From NCBI GenBank assembly GCA_903952805.1, contig CAJBHN010000539.1:1-33549 (forward strand): 33,549 bases of DNA. The letters run 5' to 3'. Positions 1-7,793 of this stretch are shown one piece after another; within the stretch, counting starts at the first letter, position 1; every line of letters begins with the position of its first letter. The notes beneath the pieces were generated by a model that did not search any database, had not been told where the DNA came from, and was given only the letters and a program-made list of their open reading frames with translations. Source of the DNA: an uncultured Myxococcales bacterium. Lineage in GTDB: Bacteria; Myxococcota; UBA727; VGSZ01. The position numbers were made by a program, and so were the translations under genes.

Positions 1-35
1 ATGACCGGCTCATACAGGCACAGGGCGGTGAAGAG
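1..35 (-). pseudogene. Edge fragment of an alpha/beta-hydrolase paralogue, cut off at an IS junction
   Basis: 31 of 35 nt are identical to 10427-10461 inside the intact hydrolase gene. The minus-strand translation LFTALCLYEPV matches LFAALCLYEPVI. Similarity stops abruptly at about nt 35. Confidence 0.35.
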
Positions 36-130
36 TGTTCTTCAACCAACCGCGCCTGCATTCAACCCTGGGCTCTCTGACCCCAGCCTCCTATCGAAAG
101 CTCGCAGCCAGCATCCCGCAGGCGGCGCAA
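32..130 (+). mobile_element. IS3-family (rve/DDE integrase) transposase, 3'-terminal remnant
   Basis: The translation VFFNQPRLHSTLGSLTPASYRKLAAS matches the conserved C-terminal YN..R.HS.LG..TP..Y block of rve-domain transposases. A stop lies immediately upstream (29-31) and there is no N-terminal part. Confidence 0.55.
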
Positions 131-194
131 GAACACTGTCCACCGAAGTGGGTCACGTCCAGTGCTCCAAAGCGTCGAGCTCAGGCGAGTCCGC

Positions 195-896
195 CTACTC
201 GAGGAGCACTCTTCTTGCTGGCATCGCGCTGGGACCTGCGAGGGGCGTTGCGTTGGGGGTCGTACGTGACCCCACGTTTGCGAGCCTCGGGGAAGAAATT
301 TGACCGTAACCCTGGCCCCATGTCGTCACCACCAGTCCATCGGCGCGAAAGAAGATCGTTGATTCCTTCCCATCATGGGTGAGCGTAAAGGACCGGTTGA
401 CTGCTTCGAGTTCGACGACCGACTCATCGATGGTCAGTCCATCAGCAGGCACGACACGAGAGAGAGGATCGATTGTCATGCTCCACTGGGTCGGGCTTGT
501 GCCCGGAGCGCCGAAGCGGTCGAAAGCACCTCCTCCGCTGAACCGGATGCGCCCCTGCTCTCGGTCACGCGGAATGGGGAAAACGATTGGGAGCCGTGCC
601 CGGTACGCGACCAATCCGTTGCCAGGGGGCCGGGTCGTGGCCCCGATCGGACCGTCACACGGTCCACCATCCACGCTGTCGAGGGTGCAGAAAATCAAGA
701 CTTCATCGACCGAGCCACGGTTCACAAAGAGCATGCGCTCACGACGAAAAAACTCCAGAATCTGGTCACGTTCAACGGAATGGGCGACATCCTCCTTCGC
801 CGCAAGAGAAACCTGCACGCCGATTGACACGGCGACGGCGACGACAGCCAGGGTGATGGCAAGTTCAACCATCGTAAAGCCTCGGCGCGTGCTCAT
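195..896 (-). CDS. Prepilin-type N-terminal cleavage/methylation domain protein, FimT/GspH-like pseudopilin
   Basis: The N-terminus MSTRRG|FTMVELAITLAVVAV is a class III signal peptide with Gly-1, Phe+1 and Glu+5. It shares the block ER..VNRG....VL..C...DGGPC with the ORF at 7403-7735. Confidence 0.8.
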   Translation of the reverse strand: MSTRRGFTMVELAITLAVVAVAVSIGVQVSLAAKEDVAHSVERDQILEFFRRERMLFVNRGSVDEVLIFCTLDSVDGGPCDGPIGATTRPPGNGLVAYRARLPIVFPIPRDREQGRIRFSGGGAFDRFGAPGTSPTQWSMTIDPLSRVVPADGLTIDESVVELEAVNRSFTLTHDGKESTIFFRADGLVVTTWGQGYGQISSPRLANVGSRTTPNATPLAGPSAMPARRVLLE

Positions 897-1406
897 GGAT
901 CAACAGTAGCTTGAACCACTCCGGTTCTCCACCCGTCAACGATCAGGGCACCGACGAGCAAGACGCAAAGGCCTGACAGCGATGTCAGCGCCATGTTCGG
1001 TCCCCACGATCTTCCTTCTGGCGGAGTGATGCGTTGCCCGTACGGCGAGGGAGGCCGTTCCAACGATCGTCCGCGTCGTCGAAGACACGGTGCTTGCGCC
1101 GCTCTGAAACCAGGCCACTTCGCCAGTCTGAAACCCGACCACCCGTGATGGGGATTCGTAGCACCGGCAGCGCCGCTTTGGCCAAGGCCGGCTGACGCCC
1201 CCTCGCGGCACCGATGGTCCCGGTCCGGAGCGCGGAGACGCAGCGCACGCCCGTGGTGGCCTGGTGAGGGCGGGGGGTCGGGGGCAGAGCCGCTGGTGTC
1301 GCACCGGTGGCCTCGTTGTCTTTGGTCGCGCCGACGTCCCCCCCCCCGGTGCAGCGTCGTCGATGTGGTGGACCAGAGCCGACTCCGTTTCACCCGATGG
1401 TGTGAC

Positions 1407-1556
1407 TCAGCGGCGACGTGTGGGTTTCGGTGCGTCGGCCTTCTGCTGCCGGTAGGAATCGCCCTCAATGTCGACCAGGTGGCAGTGTTGAGCGAAGCGG
1501 TCGATGGTCGCGTGGATGGAGCGAGCGCCGTTGAAGACCTCGCCCCAGTTCTTGTA
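1407..1556 (-). mobile_element. IstB-like (IS21 helper ATPase) C-terminal remnant
   Basis: The minus-strand translation YKNWGEVFNGARSIHATIDRFAQHCHLVDIEGDSYRQQK matches the IstB C-terminal signature (..DR..HH.....I.G.SYR). A stop codon lies directly upstream, so only about 50 aa are left. Confidence 0.6.
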
Positions 1557-1767
1557 TCAATCAGTTTCGGCCAGTTTTATTGTCACCGACCAGGTCGTGA
1601 CGTAGCATTTGAGTCGCATCTGCGCCGTCATACCCAGCCTGATCGGAAGGTGCTCCTCATGGCGGTCCTGAAGCCAGGCAAACCTGGTGCGGATCCGAAC
1701 GCGGCGAGTCCTGTGGGACGACGTGGAACCGGGAGAAAAGCGCCGATCATCGGGATGGGGGGCCGCC

Positions 1768-3519
1768 ATGGCGAGTAAGGTCCCTACAGGATCACGGTCC
1801 GATAGAGACGGACTTCTCGGTCGCGTTCTTGAGAATCTCAAGCAGTTCGTCCCGCCCGCCGACGTAGAGGCCAGACGTGCAGGACTCAAGTCAGGTACGC
1901 GAGTGATGGAGTCGCTGCTTGCTGCCGGCTTTGATGAGGAATCGGTCTTGCTTGCCTGCTGCAGCGCGCTTTCGCTGCCACCGGTGCCGGACGCATGGCT
2001 GACGGAACCTCCGGTTTGGCCGCGAGAACTCGATGTGAGCGTGTGCCTTCGACTCGGTGTCGTTCCGATCGGCCTGTCGACCGAGCCTCTTCGGCTGGGA
2101 TTCGCAAACGTCGAGCTGGCGGCAAAACGGGAGATTCAAGAGCTTCCGCCCCATAAGCGATACCTGATGCTTGGCCGTAACCAGCCAGGGTTCTTCAATG
2201 CAGGAGGTGATGTCTCGAGAGACGCCATTGTCGAGACTGAAGAGAAGACCTCGTTGACCGCCAATCTTGATTTCGATTCGCCGACCGTCACCGCCGTCGT
2301 CCCTCTTCCAGACGAGGTCGCCAGTGCAGCACGCTTGTCGTCGTCGGCGGCGGATGGCGAGGATGACCTGCTCTTTACCGATCTGTCTGCCGGGGGAGAT
2401 GAAAGCGAGAACGACCCTACCGTGCAGGAGACGACGGTGCCCATGCCGGCCGCCCGGGCGCCTCCGCCCACGGAACCGACTGCTCCGATGCGCGCGCGGC
2501 TGATCGGAGAAGTTCCTCTGTCGACCCGGAAGAGGAGTCGAACGCTGGTCTCACCTGAGAACCAGACCACCCTGAAGGACAGCCTTGAGGCATGCGACAG
2601 CGATGACATCATGGATGCGGTCGAGGACCCGACCCCAGCGGCAGTTGTGGAGGTCAAGCCACCCGTACGTCCCCCCATGAGTACAGGTGAGTTCCACAGA
2701 GTTCCCAAATCGGGGCGATTTCGTGAGGTCGCGCGCACCAATCCGGGGCTTGACGAGCTGGCGTCTCTGACCTCTGACGCCTTCCAGTCGATCGAAGCGA
2801 CTCTTGCAGAGTCGGACGGGCCCGTCGGGATGCCGCTGCGCGGTGCTACGCCGAAGGTGATGGCTTCCCTCGATCCGCCCCTGCCGCCAGCGCGGGTTGA
2901 CTCCGCTCCAGCCAGACCACCGCGGGGGCGCACCCGGTCGATCGCGCCACTGGATCCACCTCTTGCAGCTGCAGGCGAGACACCAGCGCAGCGCGCGAGG
3001 ATGGTCGCGCCGTTGGATTCGCCATCAACAGATCGGCCCCGGGGCGCCAGGCCGTTTGTGACGGAGCTGGGTCATCGTCGGAGCGTCGGGATATTTGTGG
3101 CTGGCGCCGTATCCGTCCTCTTGCTGAGCCGCCTCTCGTGCGACGACACGCAGCCGGCGCAGTCGTCACCATCAGTCACTCCGGGAGTGGGCTCGTCGAT
3201 TCCGGTGGCGGCTCCGCGTTCAAGCCCACCTCCGACCGAGAACAGGGGACTCGACCTCGTCTCACGTCAACGCTCACATATTGAGAAGGCCTCGCGTGAG
3301 AAGGATGATCAAAAAGCCCTGATTGAGCTGTCCATGGCCATTCGCCTTGATCCACGAACCATCGAGGCTCGTGACGCGCTGTTGGCTCGCGCGCGTCGCT
3401 ACGTCGCGCTCGGGCAACGAGCCAGAGCCGAAGAGGACGTGTTGAGGCTGCTGAAGCGGACGGATGTCACCGATATCCGCGAGGCCGTCGAACAGCTCTC
3501 GAGAACCACGGGAAGGTGA
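1768..3519 (+). CDS. T2SSE_N (GspE/MshE N-terminal-like) domain protein with a Pro-rich linker, one TM segment and a C-terminal TPR-like region
   Basis: RVMESLLAAGFDEESVLLACCSALSLPPVP ... LRLGVVPIGL ... LRLGFAN resembles the GspE N-terminal domain. A TM segment is VGIFVAGAVSVLLLS. The helical C-terminus is ALIELSMAIRLDPRTIEARDALLARARRYVALGQRARAEEDVLRLL. I chose the ATG at 1768, which follows a G-run; the ORF opens at 1687. Confidence 0.7.
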   Translation: MASKVPTGSRSDRDGLLGRVLENLKQFVPPADVEARRAGLKSGTRVMESLLAAGFDEESVLLACCSALSLPPVPDAWLTEPPVWPRELDVSVCLRLGVVPIGLSTEPLRLGFANVELAAKREIQELPPHKRYLMLGRNQPGFFNAGGDVSRDAIVETEEKTSLTANLDFDSPTVTAVVPLPDEVASAARLSSSAADGEDDLLFTDLSAGGDESENDPTVQETTVPMPAARAPPPTEPTAPMRARLIGEVPLSTRKRSRTLVSPENQTTLKDSLEACDSDDIMDAVEDPTPAAVVEVKPPVRPPMSTGEFHRVPKSGRFREVARTNPGLDELASLTSDAFQSIEATLAESDGPVGMPLRGATPKVMASLDPPLPPARVDSAPARPPRGRTRSIAPLDPPLAAAGETPAQRARMVAPLDSPSTDRPRGARPFVTELGHRRSVGIFVAGAVSVLLLSRLSCDDTQPAQSSPSVTPGVGSSIPVAAPRSSPPPTENRGLDLVSRQRSHIEKASREKDDQKALIELSMAIRLDPRTIEARDALLARARRYVALGQRARAEEDVLRLLKRTDVTDIREAVEQLSRTTGR

Positions 3520-3602
3520 GTATCCGTTCGGCCAACCGCGCAGAGACCGCAGCGCTGGTGGGGCAATACCCCCGCCCACCGTTGCCCAGAGTGTTGACCC
3601 AC

Positions 3603-3628
3603 GGGCCCAACAGATGGGCCTTGTTTTT
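3603..3628 (+). terminator. Candidate rho-independent terminator
   Basis: GGCCCA-acaga-TGGGCC stem-loop followed by TTGTTTTT. It lies between the convergent genes ending at 3519 (+) and 3667 (-). Confidence 0.45.
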
Positions 3629-3666
3629 CCGACGGGCCCAAGAGCCGCGAGACGGGTTCGACCCGG

Positions 3667-5844
3667 TCAGGGTATCTTCCAGTCTGGCCGCTCGGGAACA
3701 AGGGATAGCCGTGGTGAGGCGGGAGGCTGGCGCTCGAATGCTGCGCGTCGGAGATCGCTGCTGCCGTGCCCGGGGTATAACACCGAGGTGGGGGCCAGGC
3801 GGCTTGCCTCCTCCTCGGGGTTTGCGGCGTTCGGGATGAACATGGGCAATCCAACGATCTCCGGGTCGAAACCGTTCGCATTACCAGCGTTACCGCCGAT
3901 GCCTGCGTAATCAGAATCATGGTAGGTCGAGCCATCAACGGCTTCGGCTTCGGCGCCATCAACGCTGCCGACCTCCGCCGGTACATGACGAACGTACCTG
4001 GAGCGTGTGAACATACCGACCATAGAACCCACAACCTTGAGTCGCATACTTGGCTGCAGGCGCCGCAGCAGGTGTTCAGCTGGGTCCCTTTTCGAGAGAT
4101 CGTCTGATGCCCAGCCTGTGAAGATCGAAGCATCGATCGTCACAGTCTCGGCGCGATCGGGGATGGTGCTTGAGCCAGTAGACCAGGCCACGGACGAGAG
4201 ATCCGTGTCGGCTGAAAGCACCGTGATCACTGGAGCCATGATCGCGATGCGCGAGTGTCGTACGTCAATCGGAGTGAGATCATTCACCCCACCGATAATG
4301 TAGATTGGGAGATTCGACCCGATGCTCAAGCCGGTGTGCACAAAGCGGTCGAGATTCCGAACATTTGTCAAGACGACGGCGTTGGGTCGCGCACAATCGG
4401 TGGCGTCGCTTGAAGCAAGGGGACAAGGAAGATGGGCCGATCCGTTGGGTCGCTGCCCGCCTTTCGAGGTCCCAATCCAGACAGCACCTTTGAATCGGTC
4501 GGTTTCAGTGCATCGGACCGGATCTTGCTCAAGGCAACGGAATCGCCCGAGCTGGCCGGGGCCCTGTTCGGTCATCGCCTGACCGAAGCGGTCGACATCA
4601 AAGACGATAGGCATGATGGGCGTTGGCTTACCGTCTCCACCGACATACGGATCCAGGAATCCTCTACGAGAGGCTTCCATCGGATTCGAGGCATGCGTCG
4701 GCGTTACTGCACCGTAGCGAACAATTGCTGCACCGGATGTCATGACGCCATCTTGCTCTTCGTAATCTGAGTAATGGACAGGGTCGGCTGATTGACGAGC
4801 TGTTGGTCGATCCGACCAGATCTGCGTCCCCGGATAGTCTTGTTCTCCACCGAGGTACCATTCACCATCGATGATCCGGATATCGGCTTGAAGAGCGAAT
4901 CGTGAGAAATCAGGGTCGGGGATGACGTCATTCGTTCGGGGATTGGTCCACTCCAAAACCGGCGCCTTGGTGTAGTATTCCATGGACGGCGGCTTGTAGC
5001 TTGGCCGGTTGCGAATGCCACTGTTTCCTCGCCATGGCGCCACCTGTCGCCAGAGAACAACCTGAACCCAAATCCAACCGGCAGGAGCCACCGGACGCAA
5101 GCCGAGGAAATCTGCAACATGGATGTTGCGAACCGTGAACGAGGTCGATCCGCTGGAACGCGGAACGCGCTCCTGTCGGTCTGACAGCTCATCTAGAAAC
5201 GGCTCCTGCTCTCTCGCCAGCATGCCGCCGCCCGTGATCATGGAGTGCTGCATCGTGGCAACCTCCCCGGTTGTGCCAGCGGTGACCTCGACCTTCCCTG
5301 TGAAGCTTTCGTTGATGGCCTGATGGGATGCCGCTGCAAACTGGAAGAGACTCATGGTCCGTCGCTTGTTCGGCGCAGACGAGCGACAGGTCCTGCCATT
5401 GGCGGCCACCGGATTCGCACTGACGATAAACTCAGATGACTCCGAGACGTGCAACATGCCACTGAAGGGAAAGACGTCCGCAGGAGACTCACCGGCCTGT
5501 GTGGGTACCACCGTGATTCCATCGAGGTCTGCGTATGGGGTCTGCTTTCCCTCGCGGACATCGCGCTTCAACTGCGACGAGAGGACCGTCATTCGACTCT
5601 GCAGTTGCGATACATCATCACCCGGGTTTCGTATCGCGATATGGCTCGCGATCCGTAAGGCACCTTCACACCCATAGAGTTGCTGGAGTTCCTCGTCCCC
5701 TGCAGCGCTGTTCTTGATATCCTGGGTGAGCAGGTCAAAAAGCCCCCCAACTAGGAGAGACAAGATCAGAGCGATTCCCAGTACGAAAAGGAGCGCGTAA
5801 CCCCGGGCGCCCGGTCGCGCGGTCTTTGATTGAAGACGTGTCAT
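3667..5844 (-). CDS. Large PilX/GspK-like minor pilin-associated protein (725 aa)
   Basis: The ATG at 5844 overlaps the upstream stop (ATGA at 5841-5844). The N-terminus is MTRLQSKTARPGARGYALLFVLGIALILSLLVGG: a PilX_N-type hydrophobic helix without Glu+5, as in GspK/PilX. It is the last gene of the pilin operon. The 28 codons upstream of this ATG in the ORF track are probably not translated. Confidence 0.7.
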   Translation of the reverse strand: MTRLQSKTARPGARGYALLFVLGIALILSLLVGGLFDLLTQDIKNSAAGDEELQQLYGCEGALRIASHIAIRNPGDDVSQLQSRMTVLSSQLKRDVREGKQTPYADLDGITVVPTQAGESPADVFPFSGMLHVSESSEFIVSANPVAANGRTCRSSAPNKRRTMSLFQFAAASHQAINESFTGKVEVTAGTTGEVATMQHSMITGGGMLAREQEPFLDELSDRQERVPRSSGSTSFTVRNIHVADFLGLRPVAPAGWIWVQVVLWRQVAPWRGNSGIRNRPSYKPPSMEYYTKAPVLEWTNPRTNDVIPDPDFSRFALQADIRIIDGEWYLGGEQDYPGTQIWSDRPTARQSADPVHYSDYEEQDGVMTSGAAIVRYGAVTPTHASNPMEASRRGFLDPYVGGDGKPTPIMPIVFDVDRFGQAMTEQGPGQLGRFRCLEQDPVRCTETDRFKGAVWIGTSKGGQRPNGSAHLPCPLASSDATDCARPNAVVLTNVRNLDRFVHTGLSIGSNLPIYIIGGVNDLTPIDVRHSRIAIMAPVITVLSADTDLSSVAWSTGSSTIPDRAETVTIDASIFTGWASDDLSKRDPAEHLLRRLQPSMRLKVVGSMVGMFTRSRYVRHVPAEVGSVDGAEAEAVDGSTYHDSDYAGIGGNAGNANGFDPEIVGLPMFIPNAANPEEEASRLAPTSVLYPGHGSSDLRRAAFERQPPASPRLSLVPERPDWKIP

Positions 5845-6911
5845 GGGGCTTCCTTGTTGCGCAGCGTGACCCGGCCGACCATCATCGCAGATTGGAGTTT
5901 CTCGGGCGGCGCCGGGGTCGTTGACCACGGCAGGAGCCGAGCTTGTGCGGAACCCTCTGCGCCCAGTTCAACGGCAACACCCACCATCTGGGGATGTGCA
6001 CCGTTGTCTACGGGCGAGGCTCGCCATCCACGTCGTGACTCCTCACGCTCGACAATCGCGCTGTCGGCCAGAGGAGGCACATCCGGCTCTTCAACGAGTT
6101 CGAGCTCACCGTCGATGTAGCCCACCCCCACACGCAGATCGGCAACACCGTGGGAAATCCGGAGCCGTTCTGACTTGAAGCTGCTCACGTTTCCGTCAAG
6201 CTCGACTTGTGAGAACAGGATGCCAAGTGGAGACCGGTTTCCTTCGAGTCCTTGATCGAAGTCGATGTAATGACGCTTGACGTCCGCGAGTACGACGCGT
6301 GCGTTCTCGAGACGCGCTCGTCGAGAGACTGGGATGGCATCGGTGACCCCTGGCAAATTCTGCATCCGGAGCTCGCAGGATGCGCCGCTGGGGTCGCCGC
6401 TCAGAAAGACCGGATGGATACGTTCGGCGGCATCGACGATCACTACGGTGCGGCGAAAGCGTGGTCCTCCATCGATATTTCCATAGAGGGGTGTCGTGCC
6501 GATGATTTCTTCGCCGGCCTGAAAGCAACAGATCTTCGTGCCGTTGGCCGTGAAGGTCTGAAACGTCAGACGATCGGCGTTCACTGCGGTGATCGAACAA
6601 ACCGAATACTCGCTGTTCTGGCGCAGGGTCCAGAACACATCAGTACCCTTTTGACCAACACCCTTCCCCACAACCACGTAACCATGTCGGCCAAGGTCCG
6701 CTCCGCCGCTGCTTCGTATCTCCTCGAGGAGCTGATCGAGTGCAACCTTGGTTTGGGCGGAGAGGGCAAGTGATTGACGTGACGACTTGACCGATTTGAG
6801 CATTGAAGAAAACGTTGAAGAGGCAGCGGCCGTAATCAGCGCGAAGATGGCAAGTACCACCATCGCTTCCATCAACGTAAACCCACGACATGACGGGACC
6901 GACAGTTTCAT
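5841..6911 (-). CDS. pilW: PilW-like type IV pilus minor pilin
   Basis: MKLSVPSCRG|FTLMEAMVVLAIFALI is a prepilin signal. Its size (356 aa) and its position after the pilV-like gene fit PilW. It has ATGA start/stop overlaps at both ends (6908-6911 and 5841-5844). Confidence 0.7.
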   Translation of the reverse strand: MKLSVPSCRGFTLMEAMVVLAIFALITAAASSTFSSMLKSVKSSRQSLALSAQTKVALDQLLEEIRSSGGADLGRHGYVVVGKGVGQKGTDVFWTLRQNSEYSVCSITAVNADRLTFQTFTANGTKICCFQAGEEIIGTTPLYGNIDGGPRFRRTVVIVDAAERIHPVFLSGDPSGASCELRMQNLPGVTDAIPVSRRARLENARVVLADVKRHYIDFDQGLEGNRSPLGILFSQVELDGNVSSFKSERLRISHGVADLRVGVGYIDGELELVEEPDVPPLADSAIVEREESRRGWRASPVDNGAHPQMVGVAVELGAEGSAQARLLPWSTTPAPPEKLQSAMMVGRVTLRNKEAP

Positions 6912-7318
6912 GGCGTGACCAGGTAGGTTGCCAGCCGACTGCGTAGCTGCCTCCCATCTCGCTCAGCGACCACTTCGACCATGAGGCGGGCGTAGCCCTT
7001 CGTTGGCTGGTTTGGTACAATCTGGCATGTTGCCACCAGGGCACCGTTGTCATCGCCTTTTGCCGAGGTTGAGTAGGCGAGCGGCATGCAGTCTTCATGA
7101 GTGACCGGCCGTTCGTATTCGATCGCCAGAATCGACTCGAGATGGCTTTGGCACACAAGCTGGGCTTGCCTCTTGAGATTTTGTGTCGCAATGAATCCGA
7201 CAATATGGGACATCGACGACGCGACTGCAGTCAAGACGATCGCGAGGATTGCACCTGACACCATCGCTTCCAACAGGCTAAAACCCCTCAAAAGGCAGAC
7301 TTGAGCAGGTGTGTTCAT
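6908..7318 (-). CDS. pilV: PilV-like type IV pilus minor pilin
   Basis: MNTPAQVCLLRG|FSLLEAMVSGAILAIVL is a prepilin signal. GAGGGA lies upstream of the ATG at 7318. The ORF-track start at 7330 is a GTG four codons upstream. Confidence 0.7.
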   Translation of the reverse strand: MNTPAQVCLLRGFSLLEAMVSGAILAIVLTAVASSMSHIVGFIATQNLKRQAQLVCQSHLESILAIEYERPVTHEDCMPLAYSTSAKGDDNGALVATCQIVPNQPTKGYARLMVEVVAERDGRQLRSRLATYLVTP

Positions 7319-7402
7319 CCAATCCCTCACGATCAGGATAGCACCATTGCCGACGTGATCGCCACGTTGACCGGCAGCAGGCCCGTGTCGTGTCCTTGAT
7401 CG

Positions 7403-7735
7403 TCAAGAGTCTTCGGCGCCCGGAAAGCTGTGGCTGCTGGTGGACCGCCTCATGGCGCAGGCCTGAGCCGGATACACCACCAGCTCGTTGCCGCCCGCCG
7501 CGCAGGGCCCGCCGTCGGTGGCCGTGCACAGCACCAGGACCCCTGTCGCCATGCCGCGGTTGACGTGGGCGTTGCGCTCCTGCTGGACAAAGTCGAGGAT
7601 CGAAAACTGCCTCGGGGAGTCGTCGATGCTGTGGGAGGTGCGGGCGCTGACGGCGATGCCGAGGCTCGCGGCCACGCCGACGATGGCTGTGACCGCCATG
7701 GCTTCAATCAGCGAAAACGCGCGGAAGATGTCCAC
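7403..7735 (-). CDS. Short FimT/FimU-like pseudopilin, possibly frame-disrupted
   Basis: It contains ..DIFRA|FSLIEAMAVTAIVGV, a prepilin-like motif with Ala instead of Gly at -1. It is a paralogue of 195-896. A start at GTG 7735 is preferred because the ATG at 7801 would overlap the divergent kinase start at 7794. A second frame continues to 7333 (see findings). Confidence 0.55.
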   Translation of the reverse strand: MDIFRAFSLIEAMAVTAIVGVAASLGIAVSARTSHSIDDSPRQFSILDFVQQERNAHVNRGMATGVLVLCTATDGGPCAAGGNELVVYPAQACAMRRSTSSHSFPGAEDS

Positions 7736-7793
7736 TTTCGATACAGTGTGGGCTCCCCCCGACGACCGCAATCCAACGGTACTCCAACGCCAT

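Noticed and set aside
7488-7793. N-terminal 102 codons of the kinase ORF
   Set aside because: This stretch is antisense to the FimT-like gene. The kinase catalytic domain begins 10 aa after the Met at 7794, so the extension is unlikely to be translated.
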